Source: Macrostomum hystrix
Lineage: Eukaryota; Animalia; Platyhelminthes
Direction of reading: 5' to 3'
Assembly: GCA_950097015.1 (NCBI GenBank)
Contig: CATNEN010000018.1
Coordinates: 1-64,000 of the forward strand
DNA length: 64,000 nucleotides
This document shows positions 45,154 through 58,665 of the stretch, piece by piece (the first letter of the stretch is position 1; every line of letters starts with the position of its first letter). The notes below the pieces were generated by a model. That model worked only from the letters and a program-made list of their open reading frames with translations, did not search any database and was not told the origin of the DNA. The translations under genes and the position numbers were made by a program.

Positions 45154-47487
45154 TGATGTGGAGTGTGCTGCGGGAATCGAGTGGGAGTGTGAGCCAGCAT
45201 AATTTTTCGAATTTTTAAGTGTCTAATAATTGCGACCCACGTAGCAGCTGGCCGCAAACACGATCATTAATCTTAGGGCCGGGTTTTGGGCGGCGGTGAA
45301 TTAAGTAGCCGTCGAATCCCTTCTCCCTGGATCTGTCTAGACCCCTGTAGGAATGACTGATCGCGGCCATAGCTTTTATTGTATGAGTAGTTTAGGTCAT
45401 AATTCCCCTCCAAACCGCGATCAGATATAGGGGATCACTCGGGCGTTATGAGTGATCATTAATTCTTCATGTCCCCACTTCTTTACAGTATTCGAGCCCA
45501 GCTCGACTTTATGACCTCCCTCCTTTAGATACATGTAAATGTCACTGTAGGCAGGTCGGCGCCTGCGCTTCCCATTGTCCTGGCGGAGTAACAATCATTG
45601 GCCGACTGCCGACGGCTGTTCGAGCAGAACATCTGTCGTTTCCCGCAGTCGGTTCATTGGGTAATCGGGGTGGCCATCGCCGCTTCGATTCCCCGTTGAC
45701 AGGCTGGCGCGAATGTGGGTTGCTTTGATGGATGTCGGGGTTGGCGTGCTGCAGGACTATTTAAGAAAGCGCGCTGCGCTGCCCCTAGAACAACCTTTTT
45801 CCTTCCGGAGAACCTCTTTTCTCCCGCCGGCTCTTCCCCTTCTCCCCTGCCGGACTTACCTTTGCCGGGCCGGACTCCCACCGGACCCAGAGCACCTCTC
45901 CGGACCCACGTAGGGCATAGACCCTTGAGCCTTGAGCTCCGAGCAGACAGTGCAGGCCAATTGCCTGTTCCCATTCCCTAAGCGCAAGCCACCTCTTTAG
46001 GTGAGCCCTAAATTGAGCCTTTGAGCTCCCAGTGCGTTGGCCCCTGCCAACTCGCAGAAGTTCCCTTTCTCTGTCTTACTATTTTACCCCATCCCCTTCC
46101 CCGAGATCGACGGGACTGCAGCACGCGGCCAAACGAGATCCAGCTAAGTAATCCGCGCAGCGGTTTATTATTGTTAATCCTAAGGGACATTTTACTTTTA
46201 GTTAGGCGACGCTTAGCGGGAGGGGAGCTAGAATTGTTTAGCCTAATAAACCATCTAACTTACCGCCATCACTTAACTTATTGGGCTGCTTTTAAAACCA
46301 ACTTAATTATTTTACTATGTCTCTTTTTCACCTTTATTTTATCGTTAGACAGCCTTCTATCATGAGTGGCTAATCGCCTAGGGGGGCGGGTTCTGGTGAT
46401 GCCGAGCCGAAGGCTGCGGCAGGAAGGCAACTGTCAGCGCGCATAAGAGTAATAAGGAGCTAGGGATTTGTGAGTAAAATGCGGAGTGTAGCATGTGTTT
46501 CTCTGCTAGGGGTGGGGAATTCCTTGGCGGGTTTTTCCTCTCTTCCTGGCGGATCAAGGAGTACGTGTCAAACTCCCCTGCCAATTGAGTTTCCCTTCTG
46601 TTCCCCGCCTTTCGCAACTGCCGCCACGGAAGCGAGGGCGATGATCATTTAATCTTTCGCTTGCATAATCACTCAGCCAGTGTTCTGCCTAATCTCTCCT
46701 GCCTCTGATTTCCTCATCTCACACAGACTCGGATTGCTAGTTATCTAATGTGTAGGCTGCAGTCTAATGTACCGAATGTGTCTGATGTTTCATGAGTAGG
46801 ATTCCGGCTATGGATTTTCATTCGAGTTCTGAGTACCACCTTTCTAGACCACTGTAGCGCAAATTCAGGAATCCCCTGGTGAGGCGTGTCTCGATCCATT
46901 CTGGGGTCTTCACCCTAGTCTAAAACGGAAGTTACAGAATGCTCTATTTTTCGGCTTGTCTAAGATCTGCGTGACAAACTAGGAGCTGCGAGCTCCGGGG
47001 ACCCAAGTTCCCAAATGTCTGCGGTGGCAACGTAGGCGCATTGGGTGGTGGCGCTACCCTAGATCATTTTCCGCTTTGCCGATAGCCTTTCCGCATTTCT
47101 AAGACAAGAGCCTAGGCCGAGTCGACCACTGCTACCAAGGTTAGGGGTCAGTTACGAACATGCTACTGATGACAGTAGGCTACATAGCCCTGTCCTACCC
47201 GCTTGCGGGTAGTCCGACATCTATTTAGACTTTTAGCCGGTTTCGAGCACTGCTTGGGGTAGGCACGGCAGTCATGCCTGTGGCCTATGGGTTGAGTGGG
47301 ACTGGCCAGCCTGAGGCCGAGAGGACCACTCCCTGCATCCACTGTCTCTCCCTTCATCTCTCCCTTCATCCCTCTTTCCGCGGCAACTCGCGAGACTTTG
47401 CGGTACGACTTCTGACTCTATCGCCATCCCCACACTCCTTTCCTTCACGAGGACAGATCATCGGATTGCAAACCCGCAGCTATTTCA
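45154..47487 (+). mobile_element. Solo LTR (E2, 2334 bp) of the E1 family, 4-bp TSD AGTA
   Basis: TGATGTGG...TATTTCA, with AGTA at 45150-45153 and 47488-47491. The paralogous empty site TATCC-AGTA-GACAGG is at 17686-17700. Confidence 0.96.
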
Positions 47488-47958
47488 AGTAGACAGGAAA
47501 ATTATCCTAATTTATGTGGGCGGGAAAACCCCCGCCGCAGGAAAATCCCGCCCATCGAATTTCCAGTCCAGATTTGAATCTCAGCCTGAGGGAACGATGC
47601 TTGTCCAAGAGCTAGAATCATAACCTTGTATTTATTCAGTTCAGCCAGCTGAAGGTTACAGTAGAAATTTGAGTGAGCTGGTGACCCCCCAATACAAGGA
47701 CTGAAGAGCTGTACACAGTACTCACAAAATACTCATAAGAAACTAAAGAAGCAAGGAAGAATTGAAAATAATCGTGCACGTGCTCCCCTCCGTAGGGGGC
47801 AAAAGTTTCTAGTCTGCACTAAATTTTCATATAAATCGCAGCTACAAACCATCTTTGCACTATTTTTTCCTGTTTATATTATCGAGAAATAGTTTTGTGT
47901 CCGTCAACTTGAAATCTGATAGCATTTTCCATATTTCTTGCATTTCCTATTTCTCCAG

Positions 47959-49415
47959 CCTCCAACCCAGCCGACACTCAACGAGGCTCCGCCCTGAGAC
48001 CGGCTGTGGATTACGTCACCGCCCGCCGCCTCTGCCGCTACCCTTCCATCGCGCCGCTGCAGCCACCAAGAGTCTCCAACTCCAACATCCCCCAGTCCGT
48101 GCTGCAGTCGCTCCAGCGAGACCTCACCTCTGCCTCATCGCCCTGTCACGTGGTGCACGCAGCTCCTCCTGGAATGGGGGGCCAGCAGCTCCGAGTGAGC
48201 AGCAGCTTCCTGGAGAGGCGACTGCTGCAGAGTCTCAGCACTCTGCAAGGCCAGCTGTTCGTCACACTCAAGTGGCTGCTTAAGAAGAAAATCTCAAACG
48301 TCGGCTTCAAGTCCTATCACGCAAAGACCGTCACGTTCCGAATGCTGGAGGAGACACCGGCTGAGCAGTGGAAGCCGGAGAATCTCGTGACTCTCACGAA
48401 ACGCTCGCTGCAGATTTTGCTTGACGGTGTGGAGAGCGGCTGCAGATCAGACACACCTGACGGTCGGATCCTGGAGCACTTCTTCCTGAGCGATGCCGCT
48501 GTGTACCTGAAAAGCTTGAAGTCGCCCACATCAGCTGAGAGAGTGAGCGAAGCGTTGAATCGGGCAGCCGGTGCATTGAGAGACGCCATGGCTGAGCTGC
48601 CTCAGCTGCTGCTGCAGTTCGAGGACAGTCTGCGACCCGTCACCGACTCGGGCCGATTCCACTTCCACCCGTTCCTCATCCTGCCAGTTCTTTGGCTCAC
48701 ACCTGTACCAGAAGCCAAGACATGCGAGTTCCACGAGATCTACGACATCGTGAGGGAGTCAGTGCTTCGTGTGTCCGATGGAGACCGCAGCTCGCAGTCC
48801 CGAGAAAGTCTCGCAGGGCTGATCGACAAACTGCCAGACTGCGCCCGATCAGCGCGAGAGTCTCTTAGAGCGCTGGCCTGCCTGAAGTTCGGCGACCGAC
48901 GCACTGCTGCGAGAGTTGTGAGCGACTGCGGGCCGTTCAGTGCGAGCAGAGGCATCGATTGGGGAGCTGAGAGGTCAGCGAGTGAGGCCACTGCGGACTT
49001 TGTGTGGCAGCACCTGAGGAGCCGAGACTCCGCCTGGAAATTCTGCCTTGTGTTTGACGAGCGACCGAAGCTGCCGATTGAGCACGAAGTCTTTGCCGAC
49101 TGCTTTCCGCTGCAGATGATGAACTACAGCACATACTTCTACCTGAACTTTGACGCTCTGCTGCGGGCTCTTCGCAATGATCTGACAGGAGCAGTAGACC
49201 GGAGCGATCAGGACTGGATCCGGGATGTGGCTCAGAGGGAGGATGCGGATGAGCAGGAGCTGCTGGTGGCTGCGGCGATATGCGGAGATCTGGAGCTGCT
49301 GCGGCGGCTGCGCAGAACAATCACTCACGAACTGTGCCGGCTGCCAGGGTGGCTGCAGCAGAAGATTGAGAGGCTGAGCAGTCAAGGTGAAGATCTCCAA
49401 GACCAAGGTGAATAA
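47959..49415 (+). CDS. Predicted exon 3 of gene B (Mab-21/cGLR core and C-lobe)
   Basis: Acceptor TTTCTCCAG|CC is in frame with ORF 48006-49415. [20 protein letters not shown]. Exons total 2895 nt (964 aa plus stop). Confidence 0.85.
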
Positions 49416-49669
49416 GCATTTGAGCATTCGAGTCGGAGTCAACTTGCATACCAAGAAAGAAAAACCAGTTGTGGATCCAAATGCTGCCGGTGCTGTGTGT
49501 GTTTGTGACCCTAAAGTGGATGCCAAGAAGACGATTCAACAAAAGTAAACCAGAAAACACATTTTAACAGTAATTCTATGATCGACTGCAAAGCCATGAT
49601 AAATATGGATATGAAAACGGGCCTCAAATCCTGCAGCTCCGACGCCGCCCTCCGCCATTTCCGCAATAT

Positions 49670-51640
49670 CAACATCGAACTTCAGGCTAGTGACCATCGA
49701 ACTTCAGGCTCATGCCTTGTAAGTGAGTCTTACCTGCTCAGGCCAGTGACCATCGAACTTCAGGCCAGTGACTATCAAACTTCAGGCCAGTGACCATTGA
49801 ACTTCAGGCAAGTGACCATCGAACTTCAGGCTCGTGCTTTGTGAGTGAGTCATGCCTCCTCAGGCCAATCGCCATCGAACTTCAGGCCAGTGACCATCGA
49901 ACTTCACGCCAGTGACTGTTGAACTTCAGGCTCGTGCTTTGTGAGTGAGTACTACCTCCTCAGGCCAGTGACTATCAAACTTCAGGCCAGTGACTATCGA
50001 ACTTCAGGCCAGTGATTATTGAACTTCAGGCAAGTGACCATCGAACTTCAAGCTCGTGCTTTGGGAGTGAGTCATGCCTCCTCAGGCCAGTCACCATCGA
50101 ACTTCAGGCTAGTGACCATCGAATTTCAGGCTCGTGCTTTGTGAGTGAGTCATATACCTCCTCAGGCCAGTGACTATCAAACTTCAGGCAAGTGATCATC
50201 GAACTTTAGGCTCGTGACTATCAAACTTCAGGCAAGTGATCATCGAACTTTAGGCTCGTGACTATTGAACTTCAGGCCAGTGACTATTGAACTTCAGGCC
50301 AGTGACTATTGAACTTCAGGCCAGTGACTATTGAACTTCAGGCAAGTGATCATCGAACTTCAAGCTCGTCCTTTGTGAATGAGTACTACCTCCTCAGGCC
50401 AGTGACTATCAAACTTCAGGACAGTGACTATTGAACTTCAGGCTTGTGCTTTGTGAGTGAGTCATGCCTCCTCAGGCCAGTCACCATCGAACTTCAGGCC
50501 AGTGACCATCGAACTTCACGCCAGTGACTATCGAAGTCAGTCTCGTGCTTTTTGAGTGAGTCCTACCTTCTCAGGCAAGTGACTATCGAACTTCAGGCCA
50601 GTGACTATCGAACTTCAGGCCAGTGACTATCGAAGTTCAGGCCAGTGACTATCAAACTTCAGGCCAGTAAACATCGAACTTCAGGCCAGTGACTATTGAA
50701 CTTTAGACTCGTGCTCTGCGACTGAGTCCTACCTCCTCAGGCCAGTGACTATCAAACTTCAGGCCATTGACTATCGAACTTCAGGCCAGTGACAATCGAA
50801 CTTCAGGCCAGTGACTATTGAACTTCAGGCTTGTGCTTTGTGAGTGAGTCCTACCTCCTCAGGCCAGTCACCATCGAACTTCAGGCCAGTGACTATCGAA
50901 CTTCAGGCCAGTGACTATTGAACTTCAGGCTTGTGCTTTGTGAGTGAGTCCTACCTCCTCAGGCCAGTTACCATCGAACTACAGGCCAGTGACCATCGAA
51001 GTCAGTCTCGTGCTTTGTGAGTGAGTCCTACCTCCTCAGGCCAGTGACTATCAAACTTCAGGCCAGTGACTATTGAACTTCAGGCCAGTGACCATCGAAC
51101 TTCAGGCCACTGACCATCGAACTTCAGGCTCGTGCTTTGTGAGTGAGTCCTACCTCCTCAGGCCAGTGACTATCGAACTTCAGGCCAGTGACTATCAAAC
51201 TTCAGGCCAGTGACCATCGAAGTCAGTCTCGTGCTTTGTGAGTGAGTCCTACCTCCTCAGGCCAGTGACTATCAAACTTCAGGCCAGTGACTATTGAACT
51301 TCAGGCCAGTGACCATCGAACTTCAGGCCAGTGACTATTGAACTTCAGGCTTGTGCTTTGTGAGTGAGTCCTACCTCCTCAGGCCAGTCACCAACGAACT
51401 TCAGGCCAGTGACTATCGAACTTCAGGCCAGTGACCATCGAAGTCAGTCTCGTGCTTTGTGGGTGAGTCCTACCTCCTCAGGCGAGTGCCTATCGAGCTT
51501 TAGTCCAGTGACTGTTGATCTTCAGGCCAGTGACTGTTGATCTTCAGGCCAGTGACCATAGAACTTCAGGCCAGTGACCATCGAACTTCAGGCCAGTGAC
51601 CATCGAACTTCAGGCCAGTGACCATCGAACTTCAGGCAAA
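49670..51640 (+). repeat. 22-bp satellite, shorter paralogue of 20030-28225
   Basis: Same monomer and GTGAGTGAGTC variant. It ends with the same GCAAAGCCAGTGCTAAGTGAATTT junction. Confidence 0.94.
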
Positions 51641-51867
51641 GCCAGTGCTAAGTGAATTTTTTTTTGCTGTTAATCACAATGCCAAGAGCAAACCATGTGA
51701 TCCCAAACACTCAAGAGGCTCTCCTAATCAGATCCCAAACCTGGATGCCGAGTCTCATCTCGAATACCAAAATATTTTCCTAAATCTTTCCCATAGTCCT
51801 AAATATTAGAATACAAATATTTCCAAAAATCCTGACCTCAAACCCAGACATCTTGGACCACCCTTTG

Positions 51868-52565
51868 TGTCTGTGTTAGATTGTGTCTGTGTTAGATTGT
51901 GTCTGTGTTAGACTGTGTCTGTGTTAGACTGTGTCTGTGTTAGACTGTGTCTGTGTTAGACTGTGTCTGTGTTAGACTGTGTCTGTGTTAGACTGTGTCT
52001 GTGTTAGACTGTGTCTGTGTTAGACTGTGCCTGTGTTAGACTGTGTCTTTGTTAGACTGTGTCTGTGTTAGACTGTGTCTGTGTTAGACTGTGTCTGTGT
52101 TAGACTGTGTCTGTGTTAGACTGTGTCTGTGTTAGACTGTGTCTGTGTTAGACTGTGTCTGTGTTAGACTGTGTCTGTGTTAGACTGTGTCTGTGTTAGA
52201 CTGTGTCTTTGTTAGACTGTGTCTGTGTTAGACTGTGTCTGTGTTAGACTGTGTCTGTGTTAGACTGTGTCTGTGTTAGACTGTGTCTGTGTTAGACTGT
52301 GTCTGTGTTAGACTGTGTCTGTGTTAGACTGTGTCTGTGTTAGACTGTGTCTGTGTTAGACTGTGTCTGTGTTAGACTGTGTCTGCGTTAGACTGTGTCT
52401 GTGTTAGACTGTGTCTGTGTTAGACTGTGTCTGTGTTAGACTGTGTCTGTGTTAGACTGTGTCTGTGTTAGACTGTGTCTGCGTTAGACTGTGTCTGTGT
52501 TAGACTGTGTCTGTGTTAGACTGTGTCTGTGTTAGACTGTGTCTGTGTTAGACTGTGTCTGTGTC
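51868..52565 (+). repeat. 16-bp tandem repeat (GTTAGACTGTGTCTGT)
   Basis: Direct inspection. Confidence 0.95.
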
Positions 52566-52567
52566 TG

Positions 52568-53065
52568 TGGCAGATGGAGACAGAGAATGGCAGATGGAGA
52601 AAGAGAATGGCAGATGGAGACAGAATGGCAGATGGAGACAGAGAATGGCAGATGGAGAAAGAGAATGGCAGATGGAGACAGAATGGCAGATGGAGACAGA
52701 GAGAATAGCAGATGGAGACAGAATGGCAGATGGAGACAGAGAGAATGGCAGATGGAGACAGAGAATGGCAGATGGAGACAGAGAATGGCAGATGGAGACA
52801 GAGAATGGCAGATGGAGACAGAGAATGGCAGATGGAGACAGAGAATGGCAGATGGAGACAGAGAATGGCAGATGAAGACAGAGAGAATGGCAGATGGAGA
52901 CAGAGAATGGCAGAAGGAGACAGAGAATGGCGGATGCAGACAGAGAATGGCAGATGGAGACAGAGAATGGCAGATGGAGACAGAGAATGGCAGATGGAGA
53001 CAGAGAATGGCAGATGGAGACAGAGAGAATGGCAGATGGAGACAGAGAATGGCAGATGCAGACAG
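52568..53065 (+). repeat. 20/22-bp tandem repeat (GAGAATGGCAGATGGAGACA)
   Basis: Direct inspection. Confidence 0.95.
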
Positions 53066-53789
53066 AGAAGCGGAGAGCACAGCAGCAGCTGAGCACAATG
53101 CCAGTTTATTAGGGAGGCCGCGGGTGCGGCAAAAGCCAGTTCAAACTGCAGGGCCAAACTGAGCTGCCGTACTCACATCCCTCCCTCCCTCCGCCCTCCA
53201 CTCTGAGCAGGGCTCGCGATTTCTGTACAATCCGCAGCCTCCCTGATGGCCCCTCCGAGCACCGAGGCGAAGGCAAAGGCATCTCGGGCCTGCCTTCTCC
53301 GACACAATGGGCCTGTGGGACTCACCCACCTCCCTCCGCTCCGATGAGGCTGAACCGCAGTCTCTCCGCTTCTGTCCTCTCCTCTCCTCTTTATTCCCTG
53401 CTGTGAGTGCTCGACTTTAAGGGCTGGAGGGGGTCACCGCCCGACGTGAAGCAGGCCAGATTCTGCTCAGCATCGAGTTGAGCACGGTACTGTCTGAACA
53501 CAATTATCCAGAGAGGCTGTAACTAAGGGGCAGCCACCCCACTCCCAGACAGAGGCATTGTGCTGAGGGGTTTATCTGAGCACAGTGAGCCTTCACAGCT
53601 TCTCAAACTGCGGCCTTAGCAGTAGACAGGCAGGCTGAGATGGGTTGAGAAGAATGGATGGGCCGCTGCTGAGTTCATGATTTTATGAGTTTGAGAACAG
53701 TCGGAGACTGCCTGCCTGTGCCAAAGCTTGTTAAGTGCTGCAGAATGCTGTGTGTGCTATGATGAGGGGAACAATCTTCAATAAATTTT

Positions 53790-53995
53790 ACAACCCTGAA
53801 TCCACAGCCCTGAATCCACAGCCTAAATCCACAGCCCTGAATCCACAGCCCTGAATCCACAGCCCTGAATCCACAGCCCTGAATCCACAGCCTAAATCCA
53901 CAGCCCTGAATCCACAGCCTGAATCCACAGCCCTGAATCCACAGCCCTGAATCCACAGCCCTGATTCCACAGCCCTGATTCCACAATCCTGAATT
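53790..53995 (+). repeat. 13/14-bp tandem repeat (CTGAATCCACAGCC)
   Basis: Direct inspection. Confidence 0.92.
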
Positions 53996-54994
53996 CTGAG
54001 CAGTTCTAAGCACACTGTGAGCAGTCTCAGCTGCAGCCACCCCAGCCTCCTCAGATGCGGTTCAGGAGAGCCTTTGAATTGCCACCCGAAAAAGCATTCT
54101 CAAGCAGACAATGAGTTGAGCACAGCTTAAATGTATTCAGTTGTTAATGTATCAAGTTGTTAATAAAATACATTATTATATCAATTTGAATATTGTTGTT
54201 ATCTAATTTAAATGCGATATTCACCATGAGGTTCCAATCGACATGTATGCTCAAGTATGCTCACTTCTTAACAATGTTACAGTAAGAATTTGCTTTGTGA
54301 TTTTTATTTGAATTCAAAGGATCAACTTTGATATGGTGAATTTATCTTGCATGCTTTCATTGTACGCTCGTAATATGTAAGTCTGCTGTTTCTGTGTGAG
54401 TATTCTCATCCAGCAGGGTGGGCTGCAGTTTTGTTGTTGTTAGCAACGCTTGTGAGTAAAGATGATGATTTAAATAGAACACATTTATCTGCTTTGCATA
54501 GCTGAGATGTGCATAAGTGGCAGGTTGGCATGCAAGACAAGCTCAAAGACTGCAGGTTTGGGTGAGCATTGCTTGCGTTAGATCGCTTTGGACCAGACTG
54601 GAGTCTATTCTCAATCCAGCCTCTTCATTCCCCTACTCTCGTCTCCGCGCAGTCCATTCCAGTCCCCGTGTTGGTCTCGGTTGCCAAGGGCCGCATATCG
54701 ACCTCCTCCCTCCAGCAGGTTTGAGCAGTTTTGCACTCGGCCTGGAGCTCTCAGCGTGGCCCGCCTGACTGGCGCCCTTTGGCTGCGTTTTTACCTGCGG
54801 GAGGGTCTCATTGCTGTGCTGGGTTGGCGCCCAGATACTGAGTGTGCTCAAGTTAATTACAGCCTCAACTTCTGCTCACAGCTGGTTAATTTTTATGTCT
54901 CTCTTCAGCTACTGTTTTGAGCTCCTTTTTGAGGCCTGACTCAACATTCTCTCTGCTGTGCTCATGCTTTAGGATTGCAAAATTGAATTCTGGG

Positions 54995-55400
54995 ATGTGA
55001 GGGGAGAAACAGACAGAGGTGAGGGGAGAAACAGACAGAGGTGAGGGGAGAAACAGACAGAGGTGAGGGGAGAAACAGACAGAGGTGAGGGGAGAAACAG
55101 ACAGAGGTGAGGGGAGAAACAGACAGAGGTGAGGGGAGAAACAGACAGAGGTGAGGGGAGAAACAGACAGAGATGAGGGGGAGAAACAGACAGATGTGAG
55201 GGGAGAAACAGACAGAGGTGAGGGGAGAAACAGACAGAGATGAGGGGGAGAAGCAGACAGAGATGAGGGGGAGAAACAGACAGAGATGAGGGGGAGAAAC
55301 AGACAGAGGTGAGGGGAGAAACAGACAGAGGTGAGGGGAGAAACAGACAGAGGTGAGGGGAGAAACAGACAGAGGTGAGGGGGAGAAACAGACAGACGTG
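54995..55400 (+). repeat. GAGGGGAGAAACAGACAGAGGT array
   Basis: Paralogue of 32514-33420. Confidence 0.94.
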
Positions 55401-56289
55401 AGGACAGAAGCAGACAGAAAGCAGTCAGCAAAAAAGCGGGAAAAGGTGAGAAAAAGCCATTAGTTTTGTTTGAGCACTCGATATTTTTTGGACTTGCAGC
55501 CTCAGAAATTATGGGGGGGCAGGTCACCACCAAAAAGCAGACTGGATTCTGCTCACATCGAGTTGAGCATGGCCCTGTCTGAGCACAATTAATCAGAGAG
55601 ACTGTAACTAATGGGTCAGCCACCCCACTCCCATCCAGAGGCATTGTGCTGAGGGTTTTCCGAGCACAATGAGCAGTCACAGCTTCTAAAACTGCGGCCT
55701 GGGCAAGAGACACTAACTGAGTTGGGCTGAGAATGAGTTATGTATTTTATGAGTTTGAGAACATTCAAAGCTATTGTTTAGAGAGCCGCCGCTTCCTACC
55801 AGAGACCCTGTGCTCTAGGGGTTTCTGAGCACACTCAGTTCATTCTGTGGCATAGAAGCCGAGAAAATGCTGCAGTATTTTATTAGCAGACACCGAGTTG
55901 AGCACAGTTGAGTCAATGAACTCACTGAATTGAAGGGCCATAGCAACACAATGAAGCTGAGACAGAGGTAAACTGGCTGCTCATTGTATGGGGTGCACTG
56001 GCTCTGAGCATGGTCCGCAGTTTCTGTACAATTCGCAGCCTCTCCTGACGGCCCTCCCCGCTCGGAGGCGAAGGCGCTGAGCCCGTGGCAGCAGCGGCCG
56101 CTCGCACGTTGCCTCGCAGACTCCAGCTCGGGCCTGCCTTCTTCGACACAATGGGCCTGTGCGACTCACCCACCTCCCTCCGCTGTGATGAGGCTGCAGC
56201 TGCAGCTGGAGGAGGACTCCACTCCTCTGCTCTCTCTATTCTCTGCTTTGACTGCTCGATTTGAGAATGGTCTCACATTGGATAAGCTG

Positions 56290-56550
56290 TGAATGGCAGA
56301 TGGAGACAGAGAGAATGGCAGATGGAGACAGAGAGAATGGCAGATGGAGACAGAGAGAATGGCAGATGGAGACAGAGAGAATGGCAGATGGAGACAGAGA
56401 GAATGGCAGATGGAGACAGAGAGAATGGCAGATGGAGACAGAGAGAATGGCAGATGGAGACAGAGAGAATGGCAGATGGAGACAGAGAGAATGGCAGATG
56501 GAGACAGAGAATGGCAGATGGAGACAGAGAGAATGGCAGATGGAGACAGA
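56290..56550 (+). repeat. 22-bp repeat (GAGAGAATGGCAGATGGAGACA)
   Basis: Starts at the point where homology between copies A and B ends. Confidence 0.93.
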
Positions 56551-56879
56551 GATAATGTCATGCAAAGAAAACTAAGTGGGGTCGCTGCTCAGTCAATATT
56601 TGAGATTACTTTGAGAACAGTCGGATACTGCGATTCTGACTGTCGAATACTGCGATTGGAAACGACCCCTCCAAAGCCATTGACTAATGTGGCTGATTTG
56701 TGTGGTAATTAATTAGAAATCGCAGCTCTAACCGTGGGACTAAAACCTCCTGAGTCTAGATGATTAGGCTGGAAATTAGAGCAAATTCCTGATCCTGAAC
56801 TCGATTCCTCTGATCTAACAATGTTGATCCTGAGTCTGGACACTAAAATACGAGTTCAATAACCTTCATTTTACACTGA

Positions 56880-57570
56880 TATAAACCCTGTCCTAAACCC
56901 TGCCCTATGCCTCAAGCCTGCCTTGAACCCTGTCTATACCTAAACCCTGTCATAAATCCTGCCCTAAACCCTAATCCTTGCCCTAATCCCTGCACTAATC
57001 CCTGCCCTAATCCCTGCCCTAATCCCTGCCCTAATCCGGCCCTAAACCCTGCCCTAATCCCTGCCCTAATCCCTGCCCTAATCCCTGCCCTAAACCCTGC
57101 CCTAAACCCTGTCCTAAACCCTGTCCTAGATCCTGCCCTAAACCCTAATCCCTGCCCTAATCCCTGCCCTAATCCCTGCCCTAATCCCTGCCCTAATCCC
57201 TGCCCTAATCCCTGCCCTAATCCCTGCCCTAATCCCTGCCCTAATCCCTGCCCTAATCCCTGCCCTAAACCCTGCCCTAAACCCTGTCCTAAACCCTGTC
57301 CTAAATCCTGCCCTAAACCCTAATCCCTGTCCTAAACCCTGCCCTATGCCTCAAGCCTGCCTTGAACCCTGTCTATACCTAAACCCTGTCATAAATCCTG
57401 CCCTAAACCCTAATCCCTGCCCTTATCCCTGCCCTAATCCCTGCCCTAATCCCTGCCCTAAACCCTGCCCTAAACCCTGCCCTAAACCCTGTCCTAAACC
57501 CTGTCCTAAACCCTGTCCTAAATCCTGCCCTAAACCCTGCCCTAAATCCTGCCCTAAAACCTGTCCTAAA
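56880..57570 (+). repeat. Telomere-like degenerate array, 12-bp unit CCCTAATCCCTG
   Basis: CCCTAA alternates with TCCCTG/ACCCTG. An internal block is duplicated (56907 and 57346). Confidence 0.85.
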
Positions 57571-58665
57571 TCCTATTCTAAATTCTTGCCATCACCCCGA
57601 CCCCGAGGCCAATCCTCAAGCAAAACCCGAAATCTTGTCTATTAAAGTATCAGATTCGATCACGTGAACAGGTGTGCTAATAAATAAATTGGCTAGCTGG
57701 AGCTGCAAAATGATCTGCATATTGCTAATATTATGTTAAGTTTTTTCCTAGCTTAAAAATGATAAAGTATTTGTGTCTGCCTAGTCCCTAACACAGCCAG
57801 CTATTGTCTTGAAAGCCACTGCTTCCTACCAGAGACTCTGTGCTCAATGGGGCTTCTGAGCACACTTTAAGCATTCTTTGAAAGATATTGCCGAGCGATG
57901 AAAAGCTGCAGTGGATAAGCACAATGCGAATTAGTTTGACAGGCTGTGGGGTGTGGTTAGAGCCAGTTCAAACTGGCCAAGCCACAATGCGCAGCAGCTG
58001 ACTGAGGCTTCGGCCCCATTAAACCAGCAGGTTGAATGGAGGCGGCCCTCGCAGCTGCAGAAGAGAAGCCTGGTGGGGCTGCCGCACCCACCCCCCTCCC
58101 CGCACGTGGCAGCGACTCACCCACCCCCTCCTCCCCGCACAGAGGCGAAGGCGCCAAGCACGTGGCATCCACCTCCCTCCGCATTGACGAGACACTCGGG
58201 GACGGTCTGCCTCTCCCCGACACTCTGCCTCTATTCTCTTTGTTGGCATTGAGACGCCAACCTCCAATCTGTCCCAGCCTCGGGCCCCAGAAGCCCAGAA
58301 ACTTTCTGCGAGGAAGAATGACAATGCAAAGAACAATATAAATCTAATAGAATTGGTTTGAATGCGCTAAATGCGTCTCTATTATCGCTTCCATCCTTCA
58401 ATAAACTCGAGAAAAGTAAGCCAATGGCAACCAAATTTTTCAAGCCATTGCGAGACTGTCGATAATCCTATTATTTATTATAATAACATGTAATGCTCAT
58501 GTATCTGATGTATATCTGCATTTAATTGTACTTTTACGCTTGATTAGGACAAAATAATGGAATTATACCTTTTACAGTCTTGTGTTAATGAAGATTTCAT
58601 GCACTTTTAGTCTACTTTTAGTAGCTTAAAAAATATACTCCGTTTTGCCGAAACGATGAATGGAT

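Larger units (their letters stand above)
40850..56290. other. Segmental duplication copy B
   Basis: Colinear with copy A. It differs in TE insertions and array lengths. Confidence 0.93.
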
